Of a DNA stretch of 64,000 nucleotides, positions 11,930-21,325 are shown piece by piece. Where the stretch lies: contig JAFATB010000006.1 of the NCBI GenBank assembly GCA_019244185.1, positions 512,001-576,000 of the forward strand, read 5' to 3'. The notes beneath the pieces were generated by a model. The model ran no database searches. It was not told the origin of the DNA and worked only from the letters and a program-made list of their open reading frames with translations. The number at the start of each line of letters is the position of its first letter. Positions within the stretch are counted from its first letter, which is position 1. This DNA is from Acidobacteriota bacterium (GTDB lineage Bacteria; Acidobacteriota; Thermoanaerobaculia; Gp7-AA8). Made by a program: the position numbers and the translations under genes.

Positions 11930-12504
11930 TGGCGCTCGTCAAGCTCAACACGCCGATCGACGAGGCCACGATCCGCTCGCTCAACGTCGGCGACACCGTC
12001 TCCATCACCGGCCGCCTCTACACCGGCCGCGACGCCGTGCATCACCGCATCCACACCGGCACGAAGCCGCCGGTCGATCTCGCCGGGCAGATCATCTATC
12101 ACTGCGGTCCGGTGATGGTGAAGGAAGGCGACGCGTGGGTGTGCAAGGCCGCCGGGCCGACGACGTCGTCGCGGGAAGAGCCGTACGAGCACGAGGTCAT
12201 CCGCGACTACGGCATTCGCGGCGTCATCGGCAAAGGCGGCATGGGGCCGCTCACGCTCGCCGCGTGCAAGGAGTACGGCGCGGTGTATCTGCACGCCATC
12301 GGCGGCGCCGCGCAGGTCTGTGCGGCGTCGATCAAGCGTGTCGACGGCGTCGACTGGCTCGACCTCGGCTCGCCCGAGGCGATCTGGCATCTGTGGGTGG
12401 AAGACTTCATGGCCATCGTGACGATGGACGCGCACGGCCGCTCGCTCCATCAGCAGGTCTTCGAGGAGTCGAAGGCACGCCTGGCCGCGCTCAAGTCGGT
12501 GTGA
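11929..12504 (+). CDS. class I fumarate hydratase, beta (C-terminal) subunit
   Basis: TGRDAVH, IYHCGP, AGPTTSSR, IGKGGM, DAHGRSLH; start overlaps the alpha-subunit stop. Confidence 0.9.
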   Translation: MALVKLNTPIDEATIRSLNVGDTVSITGRLYTGRDAVHHRIHTGTKPPVDLAGQIIYHCGPVMVKEGDAWVCKAAGPTTSSREEPYEHEVIRDYGIRGVIGKGGMGPLTLAACKEYGAVYLHAIGGAAQVCAASIKRVDGVDWLDLGSPEAIWHLWVEDFMAIVTMDAHGRSLHQQVFEESKARLAALKSV

Positions 12505-12525
12505 GTGTTGCTGACTCGCGCAGTC

Positions 12526-13932
12526 ATGCGAGTTGAAAAAGACACCCTCGGCGAAGTCCGCGTGCCCGACGGCGCGCTCTACGGCGCACAGACGCAGCGC
12601 GCCGTGGAGAACTACCCGATCAGCGGACTGCGCGAGCATCCGCAGTTCATCCGCGCGTTCATCCTGCTCAAACGTTCCGCGGCGCAGGCGAACCGCGAGC
12701 TCGGCGCGCTCGACGACACGCTCGCGAATGCGATCGTCTCCGCGTGCGACACCGTCCTCGGCGATTTCGCGAGGTTCCGCGCGCACTTCGTCGTCGACGT
12801 CTTCCAGGCCGGCGCCGGCACGTCGTTCAACATGAACTGCAACGAGGTGCTCGCGAACCTCGCCAACGTCTCGCTCGGCGGCAAGCTCGGCGAGTACAAA
12901 CCCGTCAATCCCAACGACCACGTCAACATGGCGCAGTCGACGAACGACGTCTTCCCGACCGCCATCCGCATCGCGACGCTCTTCCTCCTCGACCAGCTCA
13001 CGCCGCAGCTCGATGCACTGACCGAGGCGCTCGACGCGAAAGGCGCCGAGTTCGCCGACGTCATCAAGTCCGGCCGCACGCATCTGCAGGATGCCGTGCC
13101 GGTGACGCTCGGCCAGGAGTTCAAGGCCTACGCGTCCGCCACGCGCCGCGCGACACGCCTCCTGCGTGATGCCGCGAACGAGCTCCGCTTCCTCGGCATC
13201 GGCGGCACGGCGGCCGGCACCGGCATCAACACGCCCATCGGTTATCGGTTCGTCGTCGTGAAGTACCTGCGCGAGTCGACGAAGCTCGAGCTCGAAGCGA
13301 TCGACGACCTGCGCGAGTCGATGCAGTCGCAACTGCCCGTCGTCGCCGTGAGCGCCGCGCTGCGCAACCTCGCGCTCGAGCTCACGCGCATCACGAACGA
13401 CCTGCGCCTCCTCGCGTCGGGACCGATGACGGGACTCGCGGAGATCCTGCTGCCGTCCGTGCAGCCGGGCTCCTCGATCATGCCGGGCAAGGTGAACCCG
13501 TCGATGCTCGAATGCATGAACCAGCTGCTCTTCCACATCATCGGCGCCGACACCGCGGTCGCGTACGCGTCGCAGGCGGGGCAGCTCGAGCTCAACGTGA
13601 TGATGCCGCTGATGGCCTTCGAGCTCTCCTTCTCCGTCGAGATCCTGAAGAATTTCCTTCCGGTGTTCGTCGAGAAATGCATCCGCGGCATCGAGGCCAA
13701 TCGCGAGCGCTGCGAGGCGTACTACATCAGTTCCCCGTCGCTCGCCACCGCGCTCAATCCGCTGATCGGCTACGCCGCGGCCGCGGAGATCGCGAAGGAA
13801 TCGGCGAAAACGGGGCAGCGGATCCCCGACCTGCTGCGCGAGCGGAACCTGTTGCCGGAAGAAGAGATCGCGCGGATCTTCACGCCGGAGTTTCTCGCGG
13901 GACAGGCGGATCGGGAGAGAAAAGATGAATGA
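12526..13932 (+). CDS. aspA: aspartate ammonia-lyase (class II fumarase/aspartase superfamily)
   Basis: GSSIMPGKVNP signature; QAGAGTSFNMN resembles AspA more than FumC (QTGSGT); FumC not excluded. Confidence 0.75.
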   Translation: MRVEKDTLGEVRVPDGALYGAQTQRAVENYPISGLREHPQFIRAFILLKRSAAQANRELGALDDTLANAIVSACDTVLGDFARFRAHFVVDVFQAGAGTSFNMNCNEVLANLANVSLGGKLGEYKPVNPNDHVNMAQSTNDVFPTAIRIATLFLLDQLTPQLDALTEALDAKGAEFADVIKSGRTHLQDAVPVTLGQEFKAYASATRRATRLLRDAANELRFLGIGGTAAGTGINTPIGYRFVVVKYLRESTKLELEAIDDLRESMQSQLPVVAVSAALRNLALELTRITNDLRLLASGPMTGLAEILLPSVQPGSSIMPGKVNPSMLECMNQLLFHIIGADTAVAYASQAGQLELNVMMPLMAFELSFSVEILKNFLPVFVEKCIRGIEANRERCEAYYISSPSLATALNPLIGYAAAAEIAKESAKTGQRIPDLLRERNLLPEEEIARIFTPEFLAGQADRERKDE

Positions 13933-14011
13933 AGAATTTCGAATGAAGAATGAAGAAAGGGTCCGGCCGCACGTTCTTCATTCTGAATTCTTCATTCGAA
14001 ATTCTTCATTC
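13927..14011. repeat. heptamer-based palindromic repeat element
   Basis: Perfect 25-bp inverted repeat GAATGAAGAATTTCGAATGAAGAAT (13927-13951) / 13987-14011, built from GAATGAA units. Confidence 0.85.
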
Positions 14012-14059
14012 GCCGTTCGTTCCGCACGATCGGCGTACAATCGCTGCGTCCCCTTCCAA

Positions 14060-14617
14060 ATGCGTCTCTTCCTCGCGGCGAATTTCCCCATCGGGGTCCT
14101 GCGCGACCTCAACGATCGCGTTGCGCGCGTGCGGTCGCGGCTCCCGGCCGCGTCGTGGGTGCGCGCGGAGACGCAGCATCTGACGTTCGCCTTTCTCGGC
14201 GAGCGTCCCGAGGCGCTCGTCGACGCGATCGCGCCGGCGCTGGAGACCTCGCTCGGCGCGCTGCCGAAGTTCGAGGCGCGGCTGCGCGGCTGCGGCGTCT
14301 TCCCGAATCCGCGCCGCGCGCGCGTCGGTTGGGCGGGACTCGATCCGGAGGCACGTTTCAGGAGCATCGCGCAAGTGGTCCGCGAGGTCGTGCTGCAGAA
14401 AGGCGTCTCGCTCGACGGCAGCGACTTCAAGCCTCACCTCACGATCATGCGCATGCGCGATCCGTGGCCGCCCGCGTCGATCGATCTCTTCCAGCGCACG
14501 CTGCGCGACTACGAGTCGGAGCCGTTCGCGATCGACCGCGTGACGTTGTACGAGAGCCAGCTGCATCCGAACGGCGCGATCCATACGCCGCTGCGCGCGT
14601 TCACGCTCGCGGGTTGA
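14060..14617 (+). CDS. thpR: RNA 2',3'-cyclic phosphodiesterase (2H phosphoesterase, LigT)
   Basis: MRLFLA start and two HxT motifs (HLTFAFLG, PHLTIMR). Confidence 0.88.
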   Translation: MRLFLAANFPIGVLRDLNDRVARVRSRLPAASWVRAETQHLTFAFLGERPEALVDAIAPALETSLGALPKFEARLRGCGVFPNPRRARVGWAGLDPEARFRSIAQVVREVVLQKGVSLDGSDFKPHLTIMRMRDPWPPASIDLFQRTLRDYESEPFAIDRVTLYESQLHPNGAIHTPLRAFTLAG

Positions 14618-14624
14618 GCGCGAC

Positions 14625-15701
14625 TCAGCGCCGCGCGTCGACTTCGCGGCCGTTCGTGGCGCGGCTCTTCGCGATCTCTTTGCCGCGCAGCTGTCCGCAT
14701 GCGGCGGCGATGTCGCGTCCTTTCGAGCGGCGCACGGTCACGCGGACGCCGTTGCGCACCAGCGTGTCGACGAAGCGATCGATCGCGGCGTCGCCCGGAC
14801 GTTTCATCCAGCCCGGCAGATTCGCGTCCTCGTTGAAGGGGATCGCATTCACCTTCGCGTGCAGTCCGTCGATCAGCCGCGCCAGCGCGACCGCGTCCTG
14901 CGGCGCGTCGTTGAAGCCGGCGAGGAGCACGTATTCGATCGTCACGTCGCGTCCGCGCTCGAGCGGAAAGCGGCGCAGCGCGGCCATCAGCCTTTCGAGC
15001 GGATACTTCGCTGTGATGGGCATGATCTGCTCGCGCCGTTTGCGGTCGGGCGCGTTGATCGAGATCGCGAGATTCGGACGGCGCTCGAGACGCGCGAGCG
15101 CCTCGATGCCGGGGATGATGCCCGACGTCGACAGCGTGATGCGGCGCGGCGCGAGGTTGCGATAGAGCGCGTCGAGCGTCGTCACCACGTGCTCGAAATT
15201 CAGCAGCGGCTCGCCCATCCCCATGAAGACGACGTTCATCTGCTCCATCGGAATCTGCTCTTCGTGCTGGATCGCGTAGAACTGTCCGACCATCTCCGCC
15301 GGCGTGAGGTTCCGGCCCGCGCCGAAGAAGCCGGTCACGCAGAACGTGCATCCGACCGCGCAGCCGGCCTGGGACGAGAGACAGATGCTCGTGCGCTCGC
15401 CCATCGGCATGTACACCGACTCGATGCGGTTGCCGTCCGCGAGGCGCAGCAGATACTTGCGGCTGCCGTCCGGCGCCGGCTCCGTGCGCGTGAGCACTTC
15501 CGGGAACGCGAGCGTGAAGTGAGCGGCGAGCTTCGCACGCGTTTCTTTCGGGATGTTCGACATCGCGTCGAACGAGTCGACGCCGCGCGCGTACATCCAC
15601 TCCTCGACCTGCCGGATGCGAAACACCGGCGACACGACCTCGGCCAGCGCCGCTTCGAGTTGCGGCGCGGCGAGGTCGTAGAGGTTGACGGGTTCGGTCA
15701 C
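14625..15701 (-). CDS. rlmN: 23S rRNA m2A2503 / tRNA m2A37 methyltransferase RlmN
   Basis: CLSSQAGCAVGCTFC, MGMGEP, GRDIAAACGQL. Confidence 0.95.
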   Translation of the reverse strand: MTEPVNLYDLAAPQLEAALAEVVSPVFRIRQVEEWMYARGVDSFDAMSNIPKETRAKLAAHFTLAFPEVLTRTEPAPDGSRKYLLRLADGNRIESVYMPMGERTSICLSSQAGCAVGCTFCVTGFFGAGRNLTPAEMVGQFYAIQHEEQIPMEQMNVVFMGMGEPLLNFEHVVTTLDALYRNLAPRRITLSTSGIIPGIEALARLERRPNLAISINAPDRKRREQIMPITAKYPLERLMAALRRFPLERGRDVTIEYVLLAGFNDAPQDAVALARLIDGLHAKVNAIPFNEDANLPGWMKRPGDAAIDRFVDTLVRNGVRVTVRRSKGRDIAAACGQLRGKEIAKSRATNGREVDARR

Positions 15702-16036
15702 AGCGTCTCTTCGGACGGTTGCGCGAGCGGCTCGATGCGGCGCGCCGAGCGGACTTTGCGGGTTGGGTCGATGCCGAGGCCGCGCAGGAGCGCGAGATCG
15801 TTGACGTTGATGCGGAACTGCACTTCGCGCGGCGGCGTTGCGGGCACGGGCACTTCGCCCGCGGCTTCCTCGCCGTCCTGTTTATTGAGGCCGATGGTGG
15901 CGTCGAGGACCACGTAGAGATCGTAGCCTTCGTCGCGGATTCGCTGGATGTGGCGGTTCACGTCTTCGGAGCTGGAGATCGACTCGTTGATGGCCGTCCC
16001 GAGTTCCTGCAGGAGCTGCTTGATCTTTTCGTCCAC
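15698..16036 (-). CDS. hypothetical protein
   Basis: GTG with upstream GGAG; stop overlaps rlmN start; typical codon usage. Confidence 0.75.
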   Translation of the reverse strand: MDEKIKQLLQELGTAINESISSSEDVNRHIQRIRDEGYDLYVVLDATIGLNKQDGEEAAGEVPVPATPPREVQFRINVNDLALLRGLGIDPTRKVRSARRIEPLAQPSEETL

Positions 16037-16213
16037 GCGCTCTCCCTGGAGTGCACGTAAGTAATTGCAAAATCAGCAGCTTAGGTTTACGTGCAATGGT
16101 TGAATTATCCAAACGGGACGGCTTCGGGTCAATATTCCGATTCGCCCTTCAGCGGCGTACACTACTTGTCCCGAACCGCCGCGGCTGCAAACCTTCAGCC
16201 ACGAAGTTTCGCG

Positions 16214-16996
16214 TTACGGTCCGTGCAACTCGGACCAGTACGCGAGGTACTGCCACCGTCCCCATTTCTTGTAGCGCCGCAGCATCGTCGCGTCCGAAAC
16301 GCGGCGTCCGCCGTGGTACGTCTCCCGGACGAATCTCCGGAATTCCGTGTCGACGGCAATGAAATCATGCCGTCCATCCATCGCCAGCAGATGCGCGGCG
16401 CCGTACGGCCCGATGCCCGGCAGGCGTTTGTAGCTCGCGAAGAGCTCCGCGGTCGGCTGCCGCGGATCGCTGATCTTCTCGAGATCAATCTCGCCGCGCA
16501 CGATGCCGTTCGCGAGCGCGTGAATCGACTTCGCGCGGTAGCCGAGGCGGCAGTCGTCCTGCAGCTCGCGCTCGGAGAAACGCGCGACATCGTGCGGCGA
16601 CGGAAACACGCCGCCGGGTCCGCACTTCGCCACGAGCAACTCCACCATCCGCACCGTCTGTGACCACGTCACGTTCGTCGTGGCGATGATCTTGACGATG
16701 TCTTCCCACAACGTCGCGCCGCAAAGCAGGCGGCCGAAGCCGGCGGCCTCGACCCACTGATGCGTCGCCACGTCGCGCGTCATCGCCAGAAATTCGGCGA
16801 TGTCGACGTCGAGCTGAAACATGCGCGCGATGCGCCGCCGCAACTCGGCGCTGTCCTCCGCGCCTTCGATGCGCAGCGCGCCGCGCGTCGCCGAGATCGC
16901 GAGCTCGACTACCTTGCCGCCGAGCAGTTCCATCCGCCGCAACACCTTTCCGTCCCAGCGAAACGGCGCCAGGCGATACCAGCCATGCGAGGTCAC
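16214..16996 (-). CDS. HhH-GPD DNA glycosylase (AlkA/Ogg1-like); start uncertain
   Basis: SHGW N-terminal motif, LGYRAKSI, HhH LPGIGPYGAAHLL, catalytic-position AVD; 16996 is the first in-frame start outside the tRNA, but the frame stays open through the tRNA to 17113. Confidence 0.8.
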   Translation of the reverse strand: MTSHGWYRLAPFRWDGKVLRRMELLGGKVVELAISATRGALRIEGAEDSAELRRRIARMFQLDVDIAEFLAMTRDVATHQWVEAAGFGRLLCGATLWEDIVKIIATTNVTWSQTVRMVELLVAKCGPGGVFPSPHDVARFSERELQDDCRLGYRAKSIHALANGIVRGEIDLEKISDPRQPTAELFASYKRLPGIGPYGAAHLLAMDGRHDFIAVDTEFRRFVRETYHGGRRVSDATMLRRYKKWGRWQYLAYWSELHGP

Positions 16997-17034
16997 GGTG
17001 GCGGGAAACGAGAAGTCGCGAGGGACAGGGATGT

Positions 17035-17109
<75 letters not shown>

Positions 17110-17136
17110 TCAATCCCGTTCGGCGAAGGGACAGCG

Positions 17137-17165
17137 AGTGTAGTGAACGGCCTCGGGAGCGTCAA
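17137..17165 (-). promoter_or_regulatory. sigma70 promoter of tRNA-Cys
   Basis: TTGACG-17 bp-TACACT, 27 nt upstream of the mature tRNA 5' end. Confidence 0.75.
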
Positions 17166-18262
17166 TATTCGGGGATCGGGATGACCTTCAGCACATCTCC
17201 CGGCGCGGGATGAATCGCCGCGCCGCGCAGAGACTGCAGCACGATGTCGCTCATGGCGCGGTAGGCGCGCGCCTGCGACTCCTCCGTCGTGCCGCGCATC
17301 TGGTGGTGAAAGCCGGGCACGGACGCCGCCGCGGCGCCGAAAATCGTGAAGTCGAGGTGATGGGCACCGGCGATGCTGACAACGCGCTTCGGCCGCGCCG
17401 CGAGCTCGGCGATCAGGCTCAGATCGTTGCGCGGCTCGCCCGCGACGTTGAGCTGCAGCAGCCGGAAGCCGCGCCGCGTGCGGTCGTATCGCGGCGCCGC
17501 GCGCACGAGGGCGAGGCGGTCGGAAAAGCCGATCACGCCGTCGATGCTGATCACGGCCGCGACGCGCGAGTCATGCATCGCTGTCAGCAGCGCGGCGGCC
17601 GCGCCGAAGCTGTAGCCGATCGCCGTGACGCGGCGCGCGTCGACGTCGTCCCACCGCGCGGCCGTGTCGAGCGCGAACGCGACGTCGCGCGCGTTCGCGT
17701 CGACACTCGGCGCATCGAACCCCATCGACCGCGTCTCGACTCCGACCGTCGGAACGCTCACCACCACGAAGCCGTCACTGGCGAGGCGTTCGGCGAGCGG
17801 CACGTGCAGCACCGGCGATTCGTCGCGGCCGACGGCGAGGACCACCAGCGGAAATCGGCGGTTCACGGGCGGTGCATCGCGCCGTGCGAGGAACGGCCGC
17901 GCGAGGAGACTCGCGACGGCGGCGGGCGTCACGCCGAGCTGGGTCGCGTAGTCGCTGAACTCCTTCGCGCCGGCGCTGCAGGCGTCTGCCTTCTGCACGG
18001 CGGATCCTTCGTTCGGCAGGTCGCAGAGATAGTCGCCGTACGTGAGCGGCGCGGCGCCGGTGCGCATCGCGGGATACCACACCGTGAGCTGCATCGGCCG
18101 CGCGGCGCCGCCGAAGGTGCGCGACGGATCGGTGGTCCGCACGATGCGCATGCCGGCGTCCCACCGGCCGGTGTCCGCGCGCTCCGGCGTCTCGTCGTGC
18201 GGTACGGAGCGGCTGCCGGCGCAGGCGGCGGCGAGCAGCAGAACCAGCAGCCACGGTCGCAT
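17162..18262 (-). CDS. secreted alpha/beta hydrolase lipoprotein (dienelactone hydrolase/PAF-AH-like)
   Basis: Lipobox AAAC; VWYP, GYSFG nucleophile elbow, ISIDG, GAHHLDF. Confidence 0.82.
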   Translation of the reverse strand: MRPWLLVLLLAAACAGSRSVPHDETPERADTGRWDAGMRIVRTTDPSRTFGGAARPMQLTVWYPAMRTGAAPLTYGDYLCDLPNEGSAVQKADACSAGAKEFSDYATQLGVTPAAVASLLARPFLARRDAPPVNRRFPLVVLAVGRDESPVLHVPLAERLASDGFVVVSVPTVGVETRSMGFDAPSVDANARDVAFALDTAARWDDVDARRVTAIGYSFGAAAALLTAMHDSRVAAVISIDGVIGFSDRLALVRAAPRYDRTRRGFRLLQLNVAGEPRNDLSLIAELAARPKRVVSIAGAHHLDFTIFGAAAASVPGFHHQMRGTTEESQARAYRAMSDIVLQSLRGAAIHPAPGDVLKVIPIPEY

Positions 18263-18331
18263 CGCCGCGCATTCTACGGCTGCGACGCTGCTGGCGTACG
18301 CGACGCTACGTTATGATGCGGGCTCCCGATC

Positions 18332-20104
18332 ATGACCAACATCGCGACGCGGCGCTTCTGCCTCGTGCTCGTCAAGCCGTCGCATTACGACGACGACGGC
18401 TACGTCATTCAATGGTTTCGCTCCGCGATTCCATCGAACTCGCTCGCCGCGCTTTACGGCCTCGCTCGCGACTGCGCGGAGCGCCGCATCCTCGGCGATG
18501 ACGTCGCGCTCGACGTCCACAGCTTCGACGAGACGAACACGCGCATCCGTCCCGAGAAGCTCGCGCGCATGATCGAGCGCGCCGGCGCGGGCATGGTCAT
18601 GCTCGTCGGCGTGCAGTCGAACCAGTTCCCGCGCGCGCTCGATCTCGCGCGGCCGCTGCGCGCGCGCGGCATCGCCGTCGGCATCGGCGGCTTTCACGTG
18701 TCGGGAACCATGAGCATGCTCGGCGGCGTCGACGCGGGGCTCGACGAGGCGCGCAAACTCGGCGTCTCGCTCTTCGCCGGCGAGGCGGAGTGGCGGCTCG
18801 ACGACATTCTTCGCGATGCCGCGAACGGCGCGCTCAAGCCGCTCTACAACTTCATGGCCGATCTCCCCGGCATCGAAGGCGCGCCGATCCCGCTCATCAC
18901 CGCGCTGCGCGCGTGGCGCACGGCCGGCGGCGTGACGAGCTTCGACGCGGGACGCGGCTGCCCGTTCCAGTGCTCCTTCTGCACGATCATCAACGTGCAG
19001 GGACGCAAGTCGCGGCGACGCTCGCCGGAAGACATCGAGAAGATCGTGCGCGCGAACGTCGCGCAGGGACTGCACAGCTTCTTCATCACCGACGACAACT
19101 TCGCGCGCAATCAGGACTGGGAGCCGATCCTCGATCGCCTCATCCAGCTGCGCGAGAACGAAGGCATCAAGATCCACTTCATCATCCAGGTGGACACGCT
19201 CTGCCACCGCATCCCGCGCTTCGTCGAGAAATGCGCGCGCGCCGGCGTGCGCCGCGTGTTCATCGGCCTCGAGAACATCAACCCCGACTCGCTCGCCGGC
19301 GCGAAGAAGCGGCAGAACAAGATCACCGAGTACCGCAAGATGCTGCTCGCGTGGAAGGCCGCGCGCGTCATCACCTACGCCGGCTACATCCTCGGATTTC
19401 CGAACGACACGCTCGAATCGATCCGCCGCGACATCGAGATCATCAAGAAAGAGCTCCCCGTCGATCTGCTCGAGTTCTTCTTCCTCACGCCGCTGCCCGG
19501 TTCCGAGGATCACCAGAAGCTCGTGCGCGCGGGAGTTGACGTCGATGCGGATCTCAACAAGTACGACCTCAATCACGTGACGACCGCGCACCCGAAGATG
19601 TCCGCGAACGAATGGGAGCGCGCGTATCGCATGGCGTGGGAGACGTACTACACGCCCGAGCACGTCGACGCGGTGTTGCGGCGGCTCGTGGCCATGCGCT
19701 GCAGCGCGAGCAACGCCATCCTGCTCATGACGTGGTTCAAGGGGTCGATCCACATCGAAGGCGTGCATCCGCTCGAGGCAGGCTTCTTCCGCTACAAGTT
19801 CCGCGACGACCGGCGGCCCGGCTTCGCGCGCGTGCCGGCTTGGGAGTTCTATCCGACGTACGTCATCGAGACCGCGCGCAAGCTCGCGAAGTGGAGCTCG
19901 ATCTATCTCGATCTGCGCCGCAAGTACGTGCGCATCAAGCGCGATCCGGCGCGGCTCGCGTACACGGACGTCGCGCTGACGCCGGTGTCGGATGCGGAGA
20001 TCGACACGCTCGATCTCTTCCACCACACCGACGCCGCGGAGGCGTTCGTCGCGCGCGAGCGGAAGCCCGCGGCCGCGCCGTCCGCCGCCGTCACCGCAGG
20101 CTGA
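18332..20104 (+). CDS. B12-binding domain radical SAM protein
   Basis: GRGCPFQCSFC (CxxxCxxC), FFITDDNF, FIGLE, GYILGFP, TPLPGS; N-terminal cobalamin-binding-like region (GGFH, GEAE). Confidence 0.88.
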   Translation: MTNIATRRFCLVLVKPSHYDDDGYVIQWFRSAIPSNSLAALYGLARDCAERRILGDDVALDVHSFDETNTRIRPEKLARMIERAGAGMVMLVGVQSNQFPRALDLARPLRARGIAVGIGGFHVSGTMSMLGGVDAGLDEARKLGVSLFAGEAEWRLDDILRDAANGALKPLYNFMADLPGIEGAPIPLITALRAWRTAGGVTSFDAGRGCPFQCSFCTIINVQGRKSRRRSPEDIEKIVRANVAQGLHSFFITDDNFARNQDWEPILDRLIQLRENEGIKIHFIIQVDTLCHRIPRFVEKCARAGVRRVFIGLENINPDSLAGAKKRQNKITEYRKMLLAWKAARVITYAGYILGFPNDTLESIRRDIEIIKKELPVDLLEFFFLTPLPGSEDHQKLVRAGVDVDADLNKYDLNHVTTAHPKMSANEWERAYRMAWETYYTPEHVDAVLRRLVAMRCSASNAILLMTWFKGSIHIEGVHPLEAGFFRYKFRDDRRPGFARVPAWEFYPTYVIETARKLAKWSSIYLDLRRKYVRIKRDPARLAYTDVALTPVSDAEIDTLDLFHHTDAAEAFVARERKPAAAPSAAVTAG

Positions 20105-21311
20105 ACGCTTCCTGCGCGTTCGCGGCGACGTGCAACGCACGCGCGGCCAGCGGCAGCGTGACGACGAACGTCGCGCCGTTGCCGACGCTGCTCTCCACGT
20201 CGATCGTTCCCTGATGCAGCATCACCAAGTGCTTTGTGATGGCGAGGCCGAGTCCCGCCCCCGCGACGTCCTGCGAGCGGCTCTTGTCCATGCGATAGAA
20301 GCGGCGGAAGATCCGCTCGCGCTCGTCGGACGGAATGCCTTCGCCGTGATCGGTGACGCGCACGACCGCGGAGTTGCCCGCGGACTCGACGTCGATGTCG
20401 ATGGTCGACTGCTCGGGGCCGTACTTGATCGCGTTGTCGATGAGATTCGAGAACGCCTGCTGGATGCGCACGGCGTCGGCGCGCACGCGGACGTCTTCGC
20501 CGCGCAGCGAGAACTTCACGTGCTTCTGCGCCGCGCGGTCGCCGAAGTCTTCGCAGAGATCGGCGAGCAGCGACTTGAGCTCGATGTCCGCGACTTCGAG
20601 CCCGAGGTCGCCCGACTCGATGCGGCTCAGCTCCGAGAGATCGTCGACGAGGCGCTGGAGGCGGCGCAGCTGGCGGCTCATGAGCCGGCGCAGGTGCTGG
20701 TCTTCTTCCGCGGTGATGTGCTCGGCGGCGAGCTCGTAGCTCTCGACCGCGGCGGACAGCGCGGCCAGCGGCGTGCGCGCCTCGTGCGAGAAGTCGGAGA
20801 TGAAGTTGCGGCGGATCTGTTCGAGACGCTCGATCTGCGTGACGTCGATGAAGATGCCGACGGCGGCGATGCGCTGCGAGAGCAGCGGAAACGCGCGGAT
20901 CTCGATGCGCCGTTCGGCGACGCCGATCGGAATCGTGACGCGCTCGCACGCCTCCTGGTGATCGAGCGCGGCGTCGAACGCGCTGAAGACGCCGGAGACG
21001 CGCACGACGTCGCTGAGCGGCAGCCCGACGACCGGCCGCGTCGCGCCGACCATCTCGCTGAAGCGGCGATTCGCGAGCGCGATGCGCCGCTGCGCGTCGA
21101 CGGCCAGCAAGCCCTCGCCGAGTCCGTCCATGATCTGCAGCAGCACCGCGCGCTCGGCGTCGTTCTCGCCCGCGCGCAAACGAAAGAGATCGCGCGTCGA
21201 TGCGAGCGACCGCACTTCCGCTTCCGCCGCGCGCAGCCGCCGCTGCGCGGCAAGGAGCGCCGCGATGCTGCCCGCGGTCGCGAGCGCGAGCACGATGAGG
21301 AGCTCGATCAT
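20091..21311 (-). CDS. phoR: PhoR-like PAS histidine kinase
   Basis: One TM, PAS, DFSHEARTPL H-box, NLIDNAIKY, DHGEGI, FYRMDKSRS, GAGLGL; pst/phoU context. Confidence 0.85.
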   Translation of the reverse strand: MIELLIVLALATAGSIAALLAAQRRLRAAEAEVRSLASTRDLFRLRAGENDAERAVLLQIMDGLGEGLLAVDAQRRIALANRRFSEMVGATRPVVGLPLSDVVRVSGVFSAFDAALDHQEACERVTIPIGVAERRIEIRAFPLLSQRIAAVGIFIDVTQIERLEQIRRNFISDFSHEARTPLAALSAAVESYELAAEHITAEEDQHLRRLMSRQLRRLQRLVDDLSELSRIESGDLGLEVADIELKSLLADLCEDFGDRAAQKHVKFSLRGEDVRVRADAVRIQQAFSNLIDNAIKYGPEQSTIDIDVESAGNSAVVRVTDHGEGIPSDERERIFRRFYRMDKSRSQDVAGAGLGLAITKHLVMLHQGTIDVESSVGNGATFVVTLPLAARALHVAANAQEAFSLR

Positions 21312-21325
21312 GACAGCCTGCGGCG

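Noticed and set aside
11018-12504. Frameshifted fumarase pseudogene
   Set aside because: The split falls at the known alpha/beta boundary with a TGATG coupled junction and intact motifs
13925-14059. N-terminal extension of thpR (MNEEFRMKNEE...)
   Set aside because: It is a translation of the heptamer palindrome; the family-typical start MRLF is at 14060
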